A stretch of 17,722 nt of DNA from assembly GCA_052386995.1 (NCBI GenBank), contig JBQTJP010000044.1, forward strand, positions 1 to 17,722. The letters run 5' to 3'. Below the pieces are notes generated by a model. The model was given only the letters and a program-made list of their open reading frames with translations. It had not been told where the DNA came from and searched no databases. This DNA is from Armatimonadota bacterium (lineage in GTDB: Bacteria; Sysuimicrobiota; Sysuimicrobiia; Sysuimicrobiales; Humicultoraceae). A program made the position numbers and the translations under genes. Position 1 is the stretch's first letter, and each line of letters opens with the position of its first letter. Shown here piece after piece: positions 1-9,193 of the stretch.

Positions 1-737
1 TGGTTGAGCCGCTCCGGGCTCCAGTAGCGCTGCAGCTGCGTCAGGTCGAAATAGTTGCTCACGACAGGGAGGCGCCGCGAGGCCAGCGCCTTCTCCGCGC
101 GATCGTTGTACGTGATCGGAGACATGCCCGAGGGCATGCCGACGCATTTCTGCCCTCCGGCAAAGCCCACATCGATGCCCCACGCATCGGTTTCTACCGA
201 CACGCCGCCGAGCGTGACGACGGCGTCGACCGCAAGCAGCGCGTCGCGCTCGCGGCAGAGTCTCCCGATCTGCTCGAGGGGCTGCCACATCCCCGTGGAC
301 GTCTCGCCGTGCACCACGCAGACGATCTTGGCGGTCTCCTTGCGCAGCGCGTCCTCGATCGCCTGTGGATCAATGATCTGTCCCCAGTCAGTCCGGACCT
401 GACTTGTGCGTGCGCCGTAGCGTGTGGCGATGTCGACAAACAGGTCGCCGAACCGACCGCAATTGCCGACCAGGACCCGGTCGCCAGGCTCGATCAGCGA
501 CGCCAGACCGGCTTCCATCGCCGCCCGGCCCGTTCCTGAGATCGCGAACGTGCGGTGGTTGGTTGTGCGAAACACGGCGCGCGCGAGATCCATGAGTTCG
601 TTCATGATCCCCGTAAATGCCGGATCGAACTGGCCGAGCGCCGGTGCGGCCAGCGCGCGCAGAACGCGCGGATCAGGATTCGTAGGGCCCGTGCCGCAGA
701 GCAATCGAGTTGGAGGATTGAGATCAGCGATGTTCAT
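1..737 (-). CDS. PLP-dependent class V aminotransferase, alanine-glyoxylate / (S)-ureidoglycine-glyoxylate aminotransferase (PucG-like); 3' end truncated by the window edge
   Basis: Not in the ORF track; translated by hand from the ATG at 737, which overlaps the upstream stop as ATGA. It reads MNIADLNPPTRLLCGTGPTNPDPRVLRAL...GQFDPAF...ISGTGRAAMEA...VHGETSTG...VDAVVTLGG...GGQKC...SNYFDLTQLQRYWSPERLNH. HGETSTG, DAV and the QK PLP-lysine are AGT-family motifs. GQFDP and SNYFDL..L..YW...RLNH resemble PucG. Confidence 0.88.
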   Translation of the reverse strand, partial: MNIADLNPPTRLLCGTGPTNPDPRVLRALAAPALGQFDPAFTGIMNELMDLARAVFRTTNHRTFAISGTGRAAMEAGLASLIEPGDRVLVGNCGRFGDLFVDIATRYGARTSQVRTDWGQIIDPQAIEDALRKETAKIVCVVHGETSTGMWQPLEQIGRLCRERDALLAVDAVVTLGGVSVETDAWGIDVGFAGGQKCVGMPSGMSPITYNDRAEKALASRRLPVVSNYFDLTQLQRYWSPERLN

Positions 738-2026
738 TGGGCGTCACCTGCCACCCCGGCGGCGTTGGCAGCATACCGCTCAGCGAACGCCGCGAGCGCC
801 TGCTGGAACACACTCAGCGGCGCGCGGACCACGCCGGCGCCGATCTGCCCCATGCCCGCGCGACTGTGCGCGATGCCCGTGTTGATGATAGGCAAGATCT
901 CCAGCCTGACCACGCGGCGGAGGTCGATCCCCGTGGGCACGCCCTCGAAGTCCAGGGCCGGGATCTTGAGCTGGGCATGACGGCCAACGGCGATCTCTCC
1001 CATGGCCCTGGTGATCGACGGCGCGTCCGCCGCCGACGGAAGGCCCACGAATCCCATGACCGCGGGCGCGGCGGCCATCGCGAAGGCCCCCAGTCCCAGT
1101 GTCTCGAGGATCGCGCTGTCGCCCATGTCCGGATTCGCGTCCGCCGCTGTGAAGGCTGGAAAATATAGTCCCTCAGGCGTGGGAGCCGGAGCGACGAACC
1201 ATCGATCCCCCAACCCGCTCACCCGAATGCCGAACTCCACGCCGTTGCGGCTCATCACGGTGACGACGGTCGAATACGGGACCTCGCGGATGGTGTCGAG
1301 GATGCTCCTGGCCGCCGCCATGGCCAGATTCAGGAAAAACTGATCCGTATCAGAGAGGAAGCGGAGAATCGAAGACAACGTCTCCGCGCGCACCGCACCA
1401 GCGGCCAGGGCCGGCGCCAGCCCGCGGACGAAGAGGCTCGTGGCGGCGACATTGCGTTGATGCATCTCGTCGCCCATAGTCAGCGCCCGCGCCATGAGTG
1501 GGACGAGCGGAAGGCCGCCCATTCGCCGGAGTCCCGCGTCGAGGGCAGGCGCCAGGACGTCCCGCAGCCAGCGCAATCGGTCGATCACAGGCTGCTCGTA
1601 GGCGCCAAACCGCAGCACCGCCCCGATGCCTTCGTTGATGGGGGCAAATGCCGCGCCACCGGACCCGGACTCGCGCACTTCGAAGAGCGGCATCGATCCA
1701 CAGACAATGCCGGCCATTGGGCCGACCACGCCGAAGTCGTGCGTGCAGCGCAGTTCGACCGCGCCCTGCGCGACCAGGGCCTCGGCCTGAGCGGGGTCCG
1801 CCGCCCAGCCTTCGTACAGCAGCGCGCCGATCACCGCCCCGCGCATCGGGCCGCACAGCCCATTCGGTGCAACAGGCGGGCCCGCGTGGAGCAGCACACG
1901 TCCCGCGAGCGCCGGGATCACATCGCGGGCCGGACGAATGCCGGTGAGGACCGGCGTGGCGGCGTCGATGCGGTGGAGGGCATCGGCGTTGGCGACTGCG
2001 ATGCGGTCGGCGAGGGAAGAGACCAT
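734..2026 (-). CDS. DUF1116 family protein (YlbE/YahG-like; AllG subunit of oxamate carbamoyltransferase)
   Basis: 430 aa with family motifs LLHAGPP, VGPMAG, ALTMGDEMHQRN, FFLNLAMAA, SRNGVEFGIRVSG, NPDMGDSAILETLGLG and INTGIAH..G.GQIGAG. Its stop overlaps the aminotransferase start. Confidence 0.85.
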   Translation of the reverse strand: MVSSLADRIAVANADALHRIDAATPVLTGIRPARDVIPALAGRVLLHAGPPVAPNGLCGPMRGAVIGALLYEGWAADPAQAEALVAQGAVELRCTHDFGVVGPMAGIVCGSMPLFEVRESGSGGAAFAPINEGIGAVLRFGAYEQPVIDRLRWLRDVLAPALDAGLRRMGGLPLVPLMARALTMGDEMHQRNVAATSLFVRGLAPALAAGAVRAETLSSILRFLSDTDQFFLNLAMAAARSILDTIREVPYSTVVTVMSRNGVEFGIRVSGLGDRWFVAPAPTPEGLYFPAFTAADANPDMGDSAILETLGLGAFAMAAAPAVMGFVGLPSAADAPSITRAMGEIAVGRHAQLKIPALDFEGVPTGIDLRRVVRLEILPIINTGIAHSRAGMGQIGAGVVRAPLSVFQQALAAFAERYAANAAGVAGDAQ

Positions 2027-2152
2027 GCGTGATAGTCTTCACTGCAGCGCTCTACTGTTCCCCCCTGCTCGTTACCGCGCCGTAGGAGGGATCGTCGGCT
2101 GCCGCGGAGCATACTGTCTACTCATACCTGGGGTGCGGGGAGGAAAAGAGGC
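2027..2152. promoter_or_regulatory. Divergent promoter region, with a purine-rich ribosome-binding site before the substrate-binding protein gene
   Basis: 126 bp between divergent starts. GGGGAGGAAAAGAGG lies directly before ATG 2153. A possible -10 element CATACT is at 2110-2115. No convincing -35 seen on either strand. Confidence 0.5.
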
Positions 2153-3751
2153 ATGTCAGGGCCAGTGACGCGGCGCGCCCTGCCTGTCATTCTGTCGGCA
2201 CTGGTGCTGGCGCTGAGCGTGCTTGCCGGGCGCGGCGGCATGCTCACCCAGGCCGCGGCGATCACCATCGACCGCGTGGTTATCCGGCTGAACGGCGACG
2301 TCGATACCTTCGACCCTCACAGGACCCGCACCACAGTGGGATATCAGTTTGCGCTGGCCTTTTATGACAGGCTGCTCAACACGGATGCAAACGGGAAGGT
2401 GATCCCCTATCTGGCCACGTCATGGCGGGTCACACCTAGCTCGGCCACGCTGACCCTGCGGAAGGACGCCACATGTTCGGACGGGACGCCGGTCACCGCT
2501 TCGGTCGTCGCGGCCTCGCTGCGCCGTCTGGGCGCGCCTGAGACCCGCGCTCCATACGCGGTGCGTACGTTCGGTGTCGGGGGGTACACGGTGACGGCCG
2601 ACGATGCGGGCGGTACGGTTACCGTCACGCTCAACCGGCCGTTCAGCGATCTCCTGCTCGGCCTGGCAATGCCGTGGTCATCGATCATCTGCCCGGCGGG
2701 GCTTCAAGATCAGGAGGCGCTTGCGTCGAAGTCCTTCGGCAGCGGCCCGTACGTGTTCGAGCGCGCGGTGCGCGGCAACTCGTACACGGTGGTCGCCCGG
2801 AAGGAGCACCGGTGGGCGCCCGCTGGTTCGAGAACTCTGGAGGAAGGACGGCCGCAGCGCATCATCCTGCGCCTGGTCATCAACAACACCACCGCGGCGA
2901 ACCTGCTGCTGGCCGGCGGTGTCGACATCGCCGGAATCTCGGGCCTGGACCTGGACCGTGTCGTCAAGAACACCGCGCTCTTCCACACCGAGTCCGTGTC
3001 GTTCGGCACCGACTACCTGGTCTTCAACCAGTCCGATGGGCGGCCGGGCGCCGATCGCACGCTTCGCACGGCCATGGCCATGGCGGTTGACCGTGAGGCG
3101 TACAACAAGGCGGCCTATGCCGGCCAGGGCCAGCCGGTCACCAACTTCATCACATCAAAGGTCGAGTGCTTCAACCGCGGCACCGCGGCGCTCGTACCGC
3201 GATATGATCCCGCGGAGGCGCGCACGTTGCTGCAGCGCGCCGGCTGGACGGCGGCGGCCGACGGCAAGCTCGTCAAAGACGGGAAGCCTCTCTCGGTGAG
3301 GGTCGTAGGGTTCACCGGGCACAACGCCGGACCCGAGTACATCTTTGAGGCGCTGCAGAAGGTGGGTTTCTCCGCCACACTTCGGGTGCTGGAGCTGGGC
3401 GCGCTGTCCACCGTGTACTTCGGGAACAGCGAGTGGGATATCACCTCGTTTCCCTTCGGGCCGCCGATTCCCAGCCCGAACAGCATCGCGGCGTTCGTGA
3501 GCGGTCCGGCACCGGCGACGAATCTCGGCTACATTCGCAATGAGGAGTTCAACGCCGCGGCCGAGGCCGGCCGCACCACGACCGGCGTGGGCCGGTGCGT
3601 CCACTGGGTCCAGGCGCAGTCCGCGCTGCTCAAGAACGTAGACCTGGTGCCGCTCGTCGCCAGGGTCACCCAGTGGTTCGGACGCGGTCTGGAGTTCCGG
3701 ATGTTCGCCGAGAACGTTGTCGACCTGTACTCAATTGGAAAGAGGCCGTAG
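2153..3751 (+). CDS. ABC transporter substrate-binding protein, family 5 (DppA/OppA-like)
   Basis: 532 aa. N-terminal signal peptide (TRR, hydrophobic stretch, TQAAA). Family-5 motifs DTFDP, YDRLL, PYLATSW, TLRKDATCSDGTPVTA, GSGPY, LR.AMAMAVDR and YDP.EAR.LL..AGW. Confidence 0.93.
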   Translation: MSGPVTRRALPVILSALVLALSVLAGRGGMLTQAAAITIDRVVIRLNGDVDTFDPHRTRTTVGYQFALAFYDRLLNTDANGKVIPYLATSWRVTPSSATLTLRKDATCSDGTPVTASVVAASLRRLGAPETRAPYAVRTFGVGGYTVTADDAGGTVTVTLNRPFSDLLLGLAMPWSSIICPAGLQDQEALASKSFGSGPYVFERAVRGNSYTVVARKEHRWAPAGSRTLEEGRPQRIILRLVINNTTAANLLLAGGVDIAGISGLDLDRVVKNTALFHTESVSFGTDYLVFNQSDGRPGADRTLRTAMAMAVDREAYNKAAYAGQGQPVTNFITSKVECFNRGTAALVPRYDPAEARTLLQRAGWTAAADGKLVKDGKPLSVRVVGFTGHNAGPEYIFEALQKVGFSATLRVLELGALSTVYFGNSEWDITSFPFGPPIPSPNSIAAFVSGPAPATNLGYIRNEEFNAAAEAGRTTTGVGRCVHWVQAQSALLKNVDLVPLVARVTQWFGRGLEFRMFAENVVDLYSIGKRP

Positions 3752-3775
3752 CGTCCCGGCCGCTGTCGCGGGTCC

Positions 3776-4747
3776 ATGATCGGCAAGAAGGGTCGCGGCC
3801 ATAATCCGGGAGCACGTCTGGCGCTGCGGCGGGCCGCCGGCCTCGGCATCGTGCTGGGGGCCCTCCTCATAGCTTCCTTCCTTATAGTGCGGCTGATTCC
3901 GGGCGACCCCGCGCGGGCGATCGCGGGGTTTGACGCCAGCCAGGAGGAAGTGGAACGGGTCCGGACCGCGCTGGGGCTGGACCGACCGGTGCTCATCCAG
4001 TTCGTGGCATACACCAGGAACGCCCTGCGGCTGGACTTCGGTGAGTCCTTCGTGACGAGCGAACCCGTCACCAAAGTCATCGCCGACCGGCTGCCCAAGA
4101 CGGGTCAGCTCGCCCTCGTCTCCCTGCTCCTCGTCCTGGCTCTCAGCGTGCCCCTCGGCATGATCGCCGGGGCGCTCACGCGCGAGGGACGGAACCGGGG
4201 CGCCGAGGTCGCCTTCACCGCCGTGACCAGCGTCGGCGGCGCGCTTCCCGAGTTTCTTGCCTCGACGTTCCTGGCGTTCATCTTCGCGGTCTGGCTGCGC
4301 TGGCTGCCGGTCGCGGGCGCCGATGTCTCGACCGCCTTCATCCTGCCTGCGCTGGCGATCAGCATTCGCCCCATCGCGATCCTGTCGCGCATCGTGAGGG
4401 TTGAGACGCTCAACGTCCTTGCCCAGGACTACATCCGGACCGCGCGGAGCAAACGCCTCCCCGCCAGGCTGCTCTACCTGCGGCACACGCTCCCCAACGT
4501 GCTGACCGCGGCGCTCACCATCGGCGGGCTGCTGTTCGCGGGCCTTCTGGGCGGGGCGGTAATCGTCGAGAACGTCTTCGCCTGGCCGGGCCTCGGGACC
4601 GCCGTCGTGTCCGCGGTGCTGGCACGCGACTATCCCGTCATCCAGGGAGTCATTCTGATGCTGGGAATCGCCGTCGTTCTGGTCAACACGCTTGTCGACA
4701 TCCTGCTCGGCATGGTCGATCCCCGATCCATCATTCGCACAGCGTGA
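3776..4747 (+). CDS. ABC transporter permease (DppB/OppB-like)
   Basis: 323 aa hydrophobic protein with LIPGDPA, LGLDRP, LDFGESF, the EAA loop QDYIRTARSK, VIVENVFAWPGLG and RDYPVIQG. Confidence 0.95.
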   Translation: MIGKKGRGHNPGARLALRRAAGLGIVLGALLIASFLIVRLIPGDPARAIAGFDASQEEVERVRTALGLDRPVLIQFVAYTRNALRLDFGESFVTSEPVTKVIADRLPKTGQLALVSLLLVLALSVPLGMIAGALTREGRNRGAEVAFTAVTSVGGALPEFLASTFLAFIFAVWLRWLPVAGADVSTAFILPALAISIRPIAILSRIVRVETLNVLAQDYIRTARSKRLPARLLYLRHTLPNVLTAALTIGGLLFAGLLGGAVIVENVFAWPGLGTAVVSAVLARDYPVIQGVILMLGIAVVLVNTLVDILLGMVDPRSIIRTA

Positions 4748-6696
4748 GCGGCGCGGGGCCGGCCATCGGCAACACCCTCTGGGGCGTGCTCCGCGCGCCT
4801 ACAGGCGCGGCGGCGTTGGGCGCCGTGATGCTGCTGATTGCGCTGGCGATCGCGGGGCCGGTTGTCTGGGGCTCCCGCGCGCGGCACATCGACGTCACGC
4901 GCTCTCAGGAGGCCCCTTCACCCGACCATCTCCTGGGCACCGACCGCCTTGGGCGCGACATCCTGGCCAGAACACTGGCCGCCGCAAGAATGTCGCTGGG
5001 TCTGGCGCTGGCCGCGGCGGCGACCGCGGCCCTCATCGGCCTGCCGTTTGGCGCTCTGATCACCCTGCTCGGTCATCGTGTCCGGAATATCGGTCTCCGC
5101 GTGATCGAGGTGTTGCTGGCGTTTCCTCCGATCCTCCTCGCGATTTTCGTCACAGCCATCATCGGCCCAGGCGCCGGCGGCGCGGTGCTGGCCATCGGCA
5201 TCGCGTTCTCGCCGTACTTCGCGCGCCTGGCGAACACGCTCGCCTCTGCCGCGGTGGGGAGGGAGTACGTCGCGAGCGCCCGCGTCATCGGCGTCCGGCC
5301 ACACCGGCTGCTGACCCGCTACGTCCTGCCCAACATCGCCGACACGCTGGCGATCACGACCTTCAACGCGGTCGCCTCCAGCCTCATCGCGGTCTCGTCG
5401 CTGAGCTTTCTCGGCCTGGGCGTGCAGCCTCCGCAATTCGACTGGGGATCGATGCTCACCGAAGGCGTCAATGCCCTCTATGCGACACCCGCGGCCGCGC
5501 TGGCCCCGGCGTTCGTCATCGCCATCGCAGGGCTGTCCATGGGATTCCTGGGCGAAGCGCTGGCGCGGGCGATGAATCCCCTCTTGTGGACGGCGCCGCA
5601 GGGGGCTGCGCGGCACGGCCCGGGCGCGCGCAACGGCGCGGCGTCCGATCTCCCCACGGCGCCCGCCGCGTCGGTCCTCACGGGCAGCATCGGCCCGCCC
5701 GCACGGCGAGCGGTGCTTCGCGTCGAAGGGCTCACCGTCCGATTCCCCACGCCTCGAAGGGTTATCACTCCCGTACGGGATGTGTCATTCGCGATCGGCG
5801 CAGGCGAGATTGTCGGGGTCGTGGGCGAATCGGGGTGCGGCAAGAGCCTGACCGCGCTGGCGCTGGCGCACCTGGTACCGTACCCGGGTGTCGTCAGCGC
5901 CCGAACGTTGGAACTGCGGGGCGTCGATCTCTTGCGGATCGGCTCCCGCGGCCTGCACGAGACCCTGGGCACCAACCTTGCCATGATCTTCCAGGACCCC
6001 CTGTCCTCGCTCAACCCCGCGCTGCGCGTGGGGGGGCAGTTGATTGAAGCGCCGCTGGCGCACGGTCTCCTGGACGCTTCGGCCGCGCGGCGGCGTGCCG
6101 TTGCCCTGATGCGCGACGTGCACATTCCCGCGCCCGAGATGCGGATGCGCCAGTATCCTCACGAATTCTCCGGTGGCATGAGCCAGCGGGCCATGATCGC
6201 CATGGCGTTGATGCGGTCGCCGTCGCTGATCATTGCCGACGAGCCGACGACCGCTCTCGACGTCACCGTGCAGGCGCAGATCATCGATGTCCTACAAGAA
6301 GTCAATCAGCGCCACGGGACGGCCATCGTGCTGATCTCCCACGACATCGGCGTGATCTCCGAGATCTGCAGCCGGGTGCTGGTGATGTATGCGGGGCGGG
6401 TCGTCGAGGATGCCGACGTGAAGACGCTGCTCAGAGACCCCGCTCATCCGTACACGCAGGCTCTGATCGCGGCGGTCCCGGGCCTGGAGGGCGATCGCGC
6501 GCAGCCGCTGGCGGCAATTCCGGGGCGCCTGCCCGACCTCGACGCCATACCTCCCGGATGCGCGTTCGCCCCGCGGTGTCCGTTCGCGGTCGATCGATGC
6601 CGCACCGACCTGCCTCTGCTGGAGGAGTTTGCGGACGACCGCCGCGTCGCGTGCTGGGTGGCGCGCGACCGGCTGGTCAAACGCACGCCGGCATGA
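4744..6696 (+). CDS. Fused ABC permease (DppC-like) and ATP-binding protein (DppD-like)
   Basis: GTG start overlapping the upstream TGA. N-half: [41 protein letters not shown]-half: Walker [10 protein letters not shown]-loop IFQDP, signature [12 protein letters not shown], Walker [21 protein letters not shown] and a C-terminal GCAFAPRCP...C...C. Confidence 0.93.
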   Translation: MSGAGPAIGNTLWGVLRAPTGAAALGAVMLLIALAIAGPVVWGSRARHIDVTRSQEAPSPDHLLGTDRLGRDILARTLAAARMSLGLALAAAATAALIGLPFGALITLLGHRVRNIGLRVIEVLLAFPPILLAIFVTAIIGPGAGGAVLAIGIAFSPYFARLANTLASAAVGREYVASARVIGVRPHRLLTRYVLPNIADTLAITTFNAVASSLIAVSSLSFLGLGVQPPQFDWGSMLTEGVNALYATPAAALAPAFVIAIAGLSMGFLGEALARAMNPLLWTAPQGAARHGPGARNGAASDLPTAPAASVLTGSIGPPARRAVLRVEGLTVRFPTPRRVITPVRDVSFAIGAGEIVGVVGESGCGKSLTALALAHLVPYPGVVSARTLELRGVDLLRIGSRGLHETLGTNLAMIFQDPLSSLNPALRVGGQLIEAPLAHGLLDASAARRRAVALMRDVHIPAPEMRMRQYPHEFSGGMSQRAMIAMALMRSPSLIIADEPTTALDVTVQAQIIDVLQEVNQRHGTAIVLISHDIGVISEICSRVLVMYAGRVVEDADVKTLLRDPAHPYTQALIAAVPGLEGDRAQPLAAIPGRLPDLDAIPPGCAFAPRCPFAVDRCRTDLPLLEEFADDRRVACWVARDRLVKRTPA

Positions 6697-7697
6697 CGAC
6701 GCTGGAGGTTGTCGGACTGACCGTCCGGTACGGTGCCGGGGCAGACGCGCTCGTCGCTGTCGAAGGCGTGGATCTCGACATCCCTCCAGGAGTCACCCTC
6801 GGATTGGTCGGTGAGTCGGGCTGCGGAAAATCCACCGTGGCCCGTGCCATCGTCCGGCTGGTGCCGGTCGCTACGGGGCGAGTGCTGCTGAACGGCGAGG
6901 ACATCGCCGCCGCGCATGGCCCGCGACTGCGCGATCTGCGCCGGCGCGTGCAGATGGTCTTTCAGGATCCCTATGCGTCGCTCAATCCCCGAATGACCAT
7001 CGGTGAGGCGATCGGCGAAGCGATCATCACGCACAGGAAAGCAAGCGCGCGAAGCCTGGCGCTCGATGTCGCCCGGCTGCTCGACATGGTGGGGCTCGAC
7101 CCGGGCGCGGCGACAGGGTATCCACACCAGTTCTCGGGCGGGCAGCGCCAGCGCATCGCGATCGCCCGATCGCTTGCCGTCGAGCCGGACATTCTCATCT
7201 GCGATGAGGTCACGTCGTCGGTGGATGTCTCGGTGCAGGCGAATATCCTCAATCTGCTCAAAGATCTGCAAAGAAACCTGGGGCTCTCGTATCTGTTCAT
7301 CTCGCACAATCTCTCCGTCATCCGATACATGAGCGACGCCGTGGCGGTCATGTACCTGGGCAAAGTCGTGGAACGCGCACCCACGCCCGACCTGTTCGCG
7401 CGGCCGCGCCATCCCTACACTCGGGCGCTCATCGACGCGATCCCGGAGATCGTCAGCCGTGTGGCGCGCGATCGGGTGCATCTGTCGGGAGATCTGCCGG
7501 ATCCCCGTGATCCGCCGCCTGGGTGCCGGTTCCATACCCGGTGCCCGTTCGGCCCGCTGGTTCATCCCGAGCGGGTGATCTGCCGCGATGTTGATCCCCA
7601 CACCATCCGACAGGCCGGGCCGCATGAGGCCGCGTGCCATTTTCCCCTGGGAGAGGCCGGCGTCGGCGCGGGTACGGCACTTGGAGCGCGGTCATGA
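6693..7697 (+). CDS. ABC transporter ATP-binding protein (DppF/OppF-like)
   Basis: The likely start is ATG 6693 (ATGA overlap; [11 protein letters not shown]), not 6558. Motifs: [61 protein letters not shown]...C...ACH. Confidence 0.94.
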   Translation: MTTLEVVGLTVRYGAGADALVAVEGVDLDIPPGVTLGLVGESGCGKSTVARAIVRLVPVATGRVLLNGEDIAAAHGPRLRDLRRRVQMVFQDPYASLNPRMTIGEAIGEAIITHRKASARSLALDVARLLDMVGLDPGAATGYPHQFSGGQRQRIAIARSLAVEPDILICDEVTSSVDVSVQANILNLLKDLQRNLGLSYLFISHNLSVIRYMSDAVAVMYLGKVVERAPTPDLFARPRHPYTRALIDAIPEIVSRVARDRVHLSGDLPDPRDPPPGCRFHTRCPFGPLVHPERVICRDVDPHTIRQAGPHEAACHFPLGEAGVGAGTALGARS

Positions 7698-9193
7698 AAA
7701 TCGGGCAAACCAGGCAGGGGATCTCGATCGGCCGCCGGATCAGCATGCTGGCCGGCGCCGCGCCCCAACGGACCGCGATCATCTTTGCACCTCGTGAAGG
7801 CCCGGAGCGGCACATCACGCTCCTGGAACTCGACCGTGCGTCCAATCGCGCGGCGCGCCTGCTCGCGTCGCGGGGCGCCGATGAGCGCTCAATCGTCGTG
7901 GTGGGATTGTCGAACAGCCCGGCGCACTATGTCGCGAGCATCGGCGCCTGGAAGCTCGGAGCGTGCGTTCTCCCGCTCAGCCCGGCGCTCCCGGCGTGGG
8001 AACGCAACCAGATGCTCGAGGCCGCCCGACCCGCGGTGATCGTGACCGATTGGGCGGACGTCTCCGGCGCCGTCGTGCGTCCCGACGACCTTGCCGCCGC
8101 CACGGAGCTCGACAGCGAGCTGCTTGACGATCGTATCCCACAACCCGGGAAGGCCATCGGTTCCGGGGGATCAACGGGTCGTCCGAAGATCATCGTGGAC
8201 CCGCGCCCCTGGGCCTGGGAGCCTGGAGGATTTGTCGGCGCCTTTGGAAGCCGGGTTGGCATGCGGGTCGGGCAGGTTCAGCTGATTGCCGGGCCGCTCT
8301 ATCACAACTCTCCATTCTCCTGGGGTCCGCTGGGACTGTTCGAGGAGCACACTCTGGTAGTCATGGAGCGGTTCGACGCGGCGCGCGCAGTGGATCTCAT
8401 CGAACGGTACCGGGTCAATTTTGGATTTCTGGTGCCAACGATGATGAAGCGGATCATCGACCTGCCGGACATCGCGCGTCGGGACTTCTCCAGCGTGCAC
8501 GCATTCTTTCACACGGCCGCGCCCTGCCCGCCCTGGCTGAAGCGGGCGTGGATCGACCTCATCGGCGGCGACCGGCTGTACGAGGCGTACGGCGCCACCG
8601 AGGCGGTGGGATCGACCGTCATCAGGGGGGATGAGTGGCTCCTCCATCCGGGCAGCGTCGGCCTTCCTCAAGATTGCGATCTGCGCATCCTCGACGCCGA
8701 CGGCGGAGACCTGCCACGCGGACACGTGGGCGAAATCTTCATGCGGCCGCATGCGCAGGGTCCGACCTTTCAGTATCTGGGATCGCCGCCTGCCAACGCG
8801 ACGTCGGACGGATTTATCACCGTGGGGGACATGGGATGGGTCGACGACGAAGGGTACCTCTATCTTGCGGACCGCCGTGTCGATCTCATCATCTCCGGGG
8901 GTGCGAACATCTATCCCGCCGAGGTGGAGGCCACGCTGATGCAGCATCCGATGGTAGGGGATGTCGCCGTGATCGGCCTGCCCGATGAAGACATGGGGAA
9001 GCGCGTGCACGCGATCATCGAGCCGGCGGATCCGCTGCGCCCACCCGCTGCGGAGGCTCTCGGTGAGCACTGTCGGAGGCGCATGGCCCCCTACAAGGTG
9101 CCCGCATCGTACGAGGTCGTGGCCTCACTCCCCCGCGACGATTCCGGAAAGATCCGCCGGTCGGCGCTGGTGAAGGAGAGAACGCCGGCATGA
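7694..9193 (+). CDS. Acyl-CoA ligase (AMP-binding enzyme), resembling the bile acid-CoA ligase-like group
   Basis: The likely start is ATG 7694 (ATGA overlap). P-loop SGGSTGRPK, GPLYHNSP, YGATE, HPGSVG, GD.G.VD.EGYLY.ADRR.DLIISGGANIYPAEVE and the catalytic Lys in LPRDDSGK. Confidence 0.92.
   Translation: MKIGQTRQGISIGRRISMLAGAAPQRTAIIFAPREGPERHITLLELDRASNRAARLLASRGADERSIVVVGLSNSPAHYVASIGAWKLGACVLPLSPALPAWERNQMLEAARPAVIVTDWADVSGAVVRPDDLAAATELDSELLDDRIPQPGKAIGSGGSTGRPKIIVDPRPWAWEPGGFVGAFGSRVGMRVGQVQLIAGPLYHNSPFSWGPLGLFEEHTLVVMERFDAARAVDLIERYRVNFGFLVPTMMKRIIDLPDIARRDFSSVHAFFHTAAPCPPWLKRAWIDLIGGDRLYEAYGATEAVGSTVIRGDEWLLHPGSVGLPQDCDLRILDADGGDLPRGHVGEIFMRPHAQGPTFQYLGSPPANATSDGFITVGDMGWVDDEGYLYLADRRVDLIISGGANIYPAEVEATLMQHPMVGDVAVIGLPDEDMGKRVHAIIEPADPLRPPAAEALGEHCRRRMAPYKVPASYEVVASLPRDDSGKIRRSALVKERTPA

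Noticed and set aside
55..980. Plus-strand ORFs at the left end (55..402, 424..885, 555..980)
   Set aside because: They are antisense to the PucG-like and DUF1116 genes, which have clear family motifs.
3752..3775. Small hairpin after the binding-protein gene (CCGC-TGTC-GCGG)
   Set aside because: A 4 bp stem is expected by chance at this GC content.
4692..6047. 451 aa alternative-frame ORF, and similar Arg/Pro/Gly-rich ORFs (6444..7640, 10437..11774, 12619..13494, 12959..13840)
   Set aside because: They overlap well-supported genes and have the low-complexity composition typical of off-frame GC-rich sequence.
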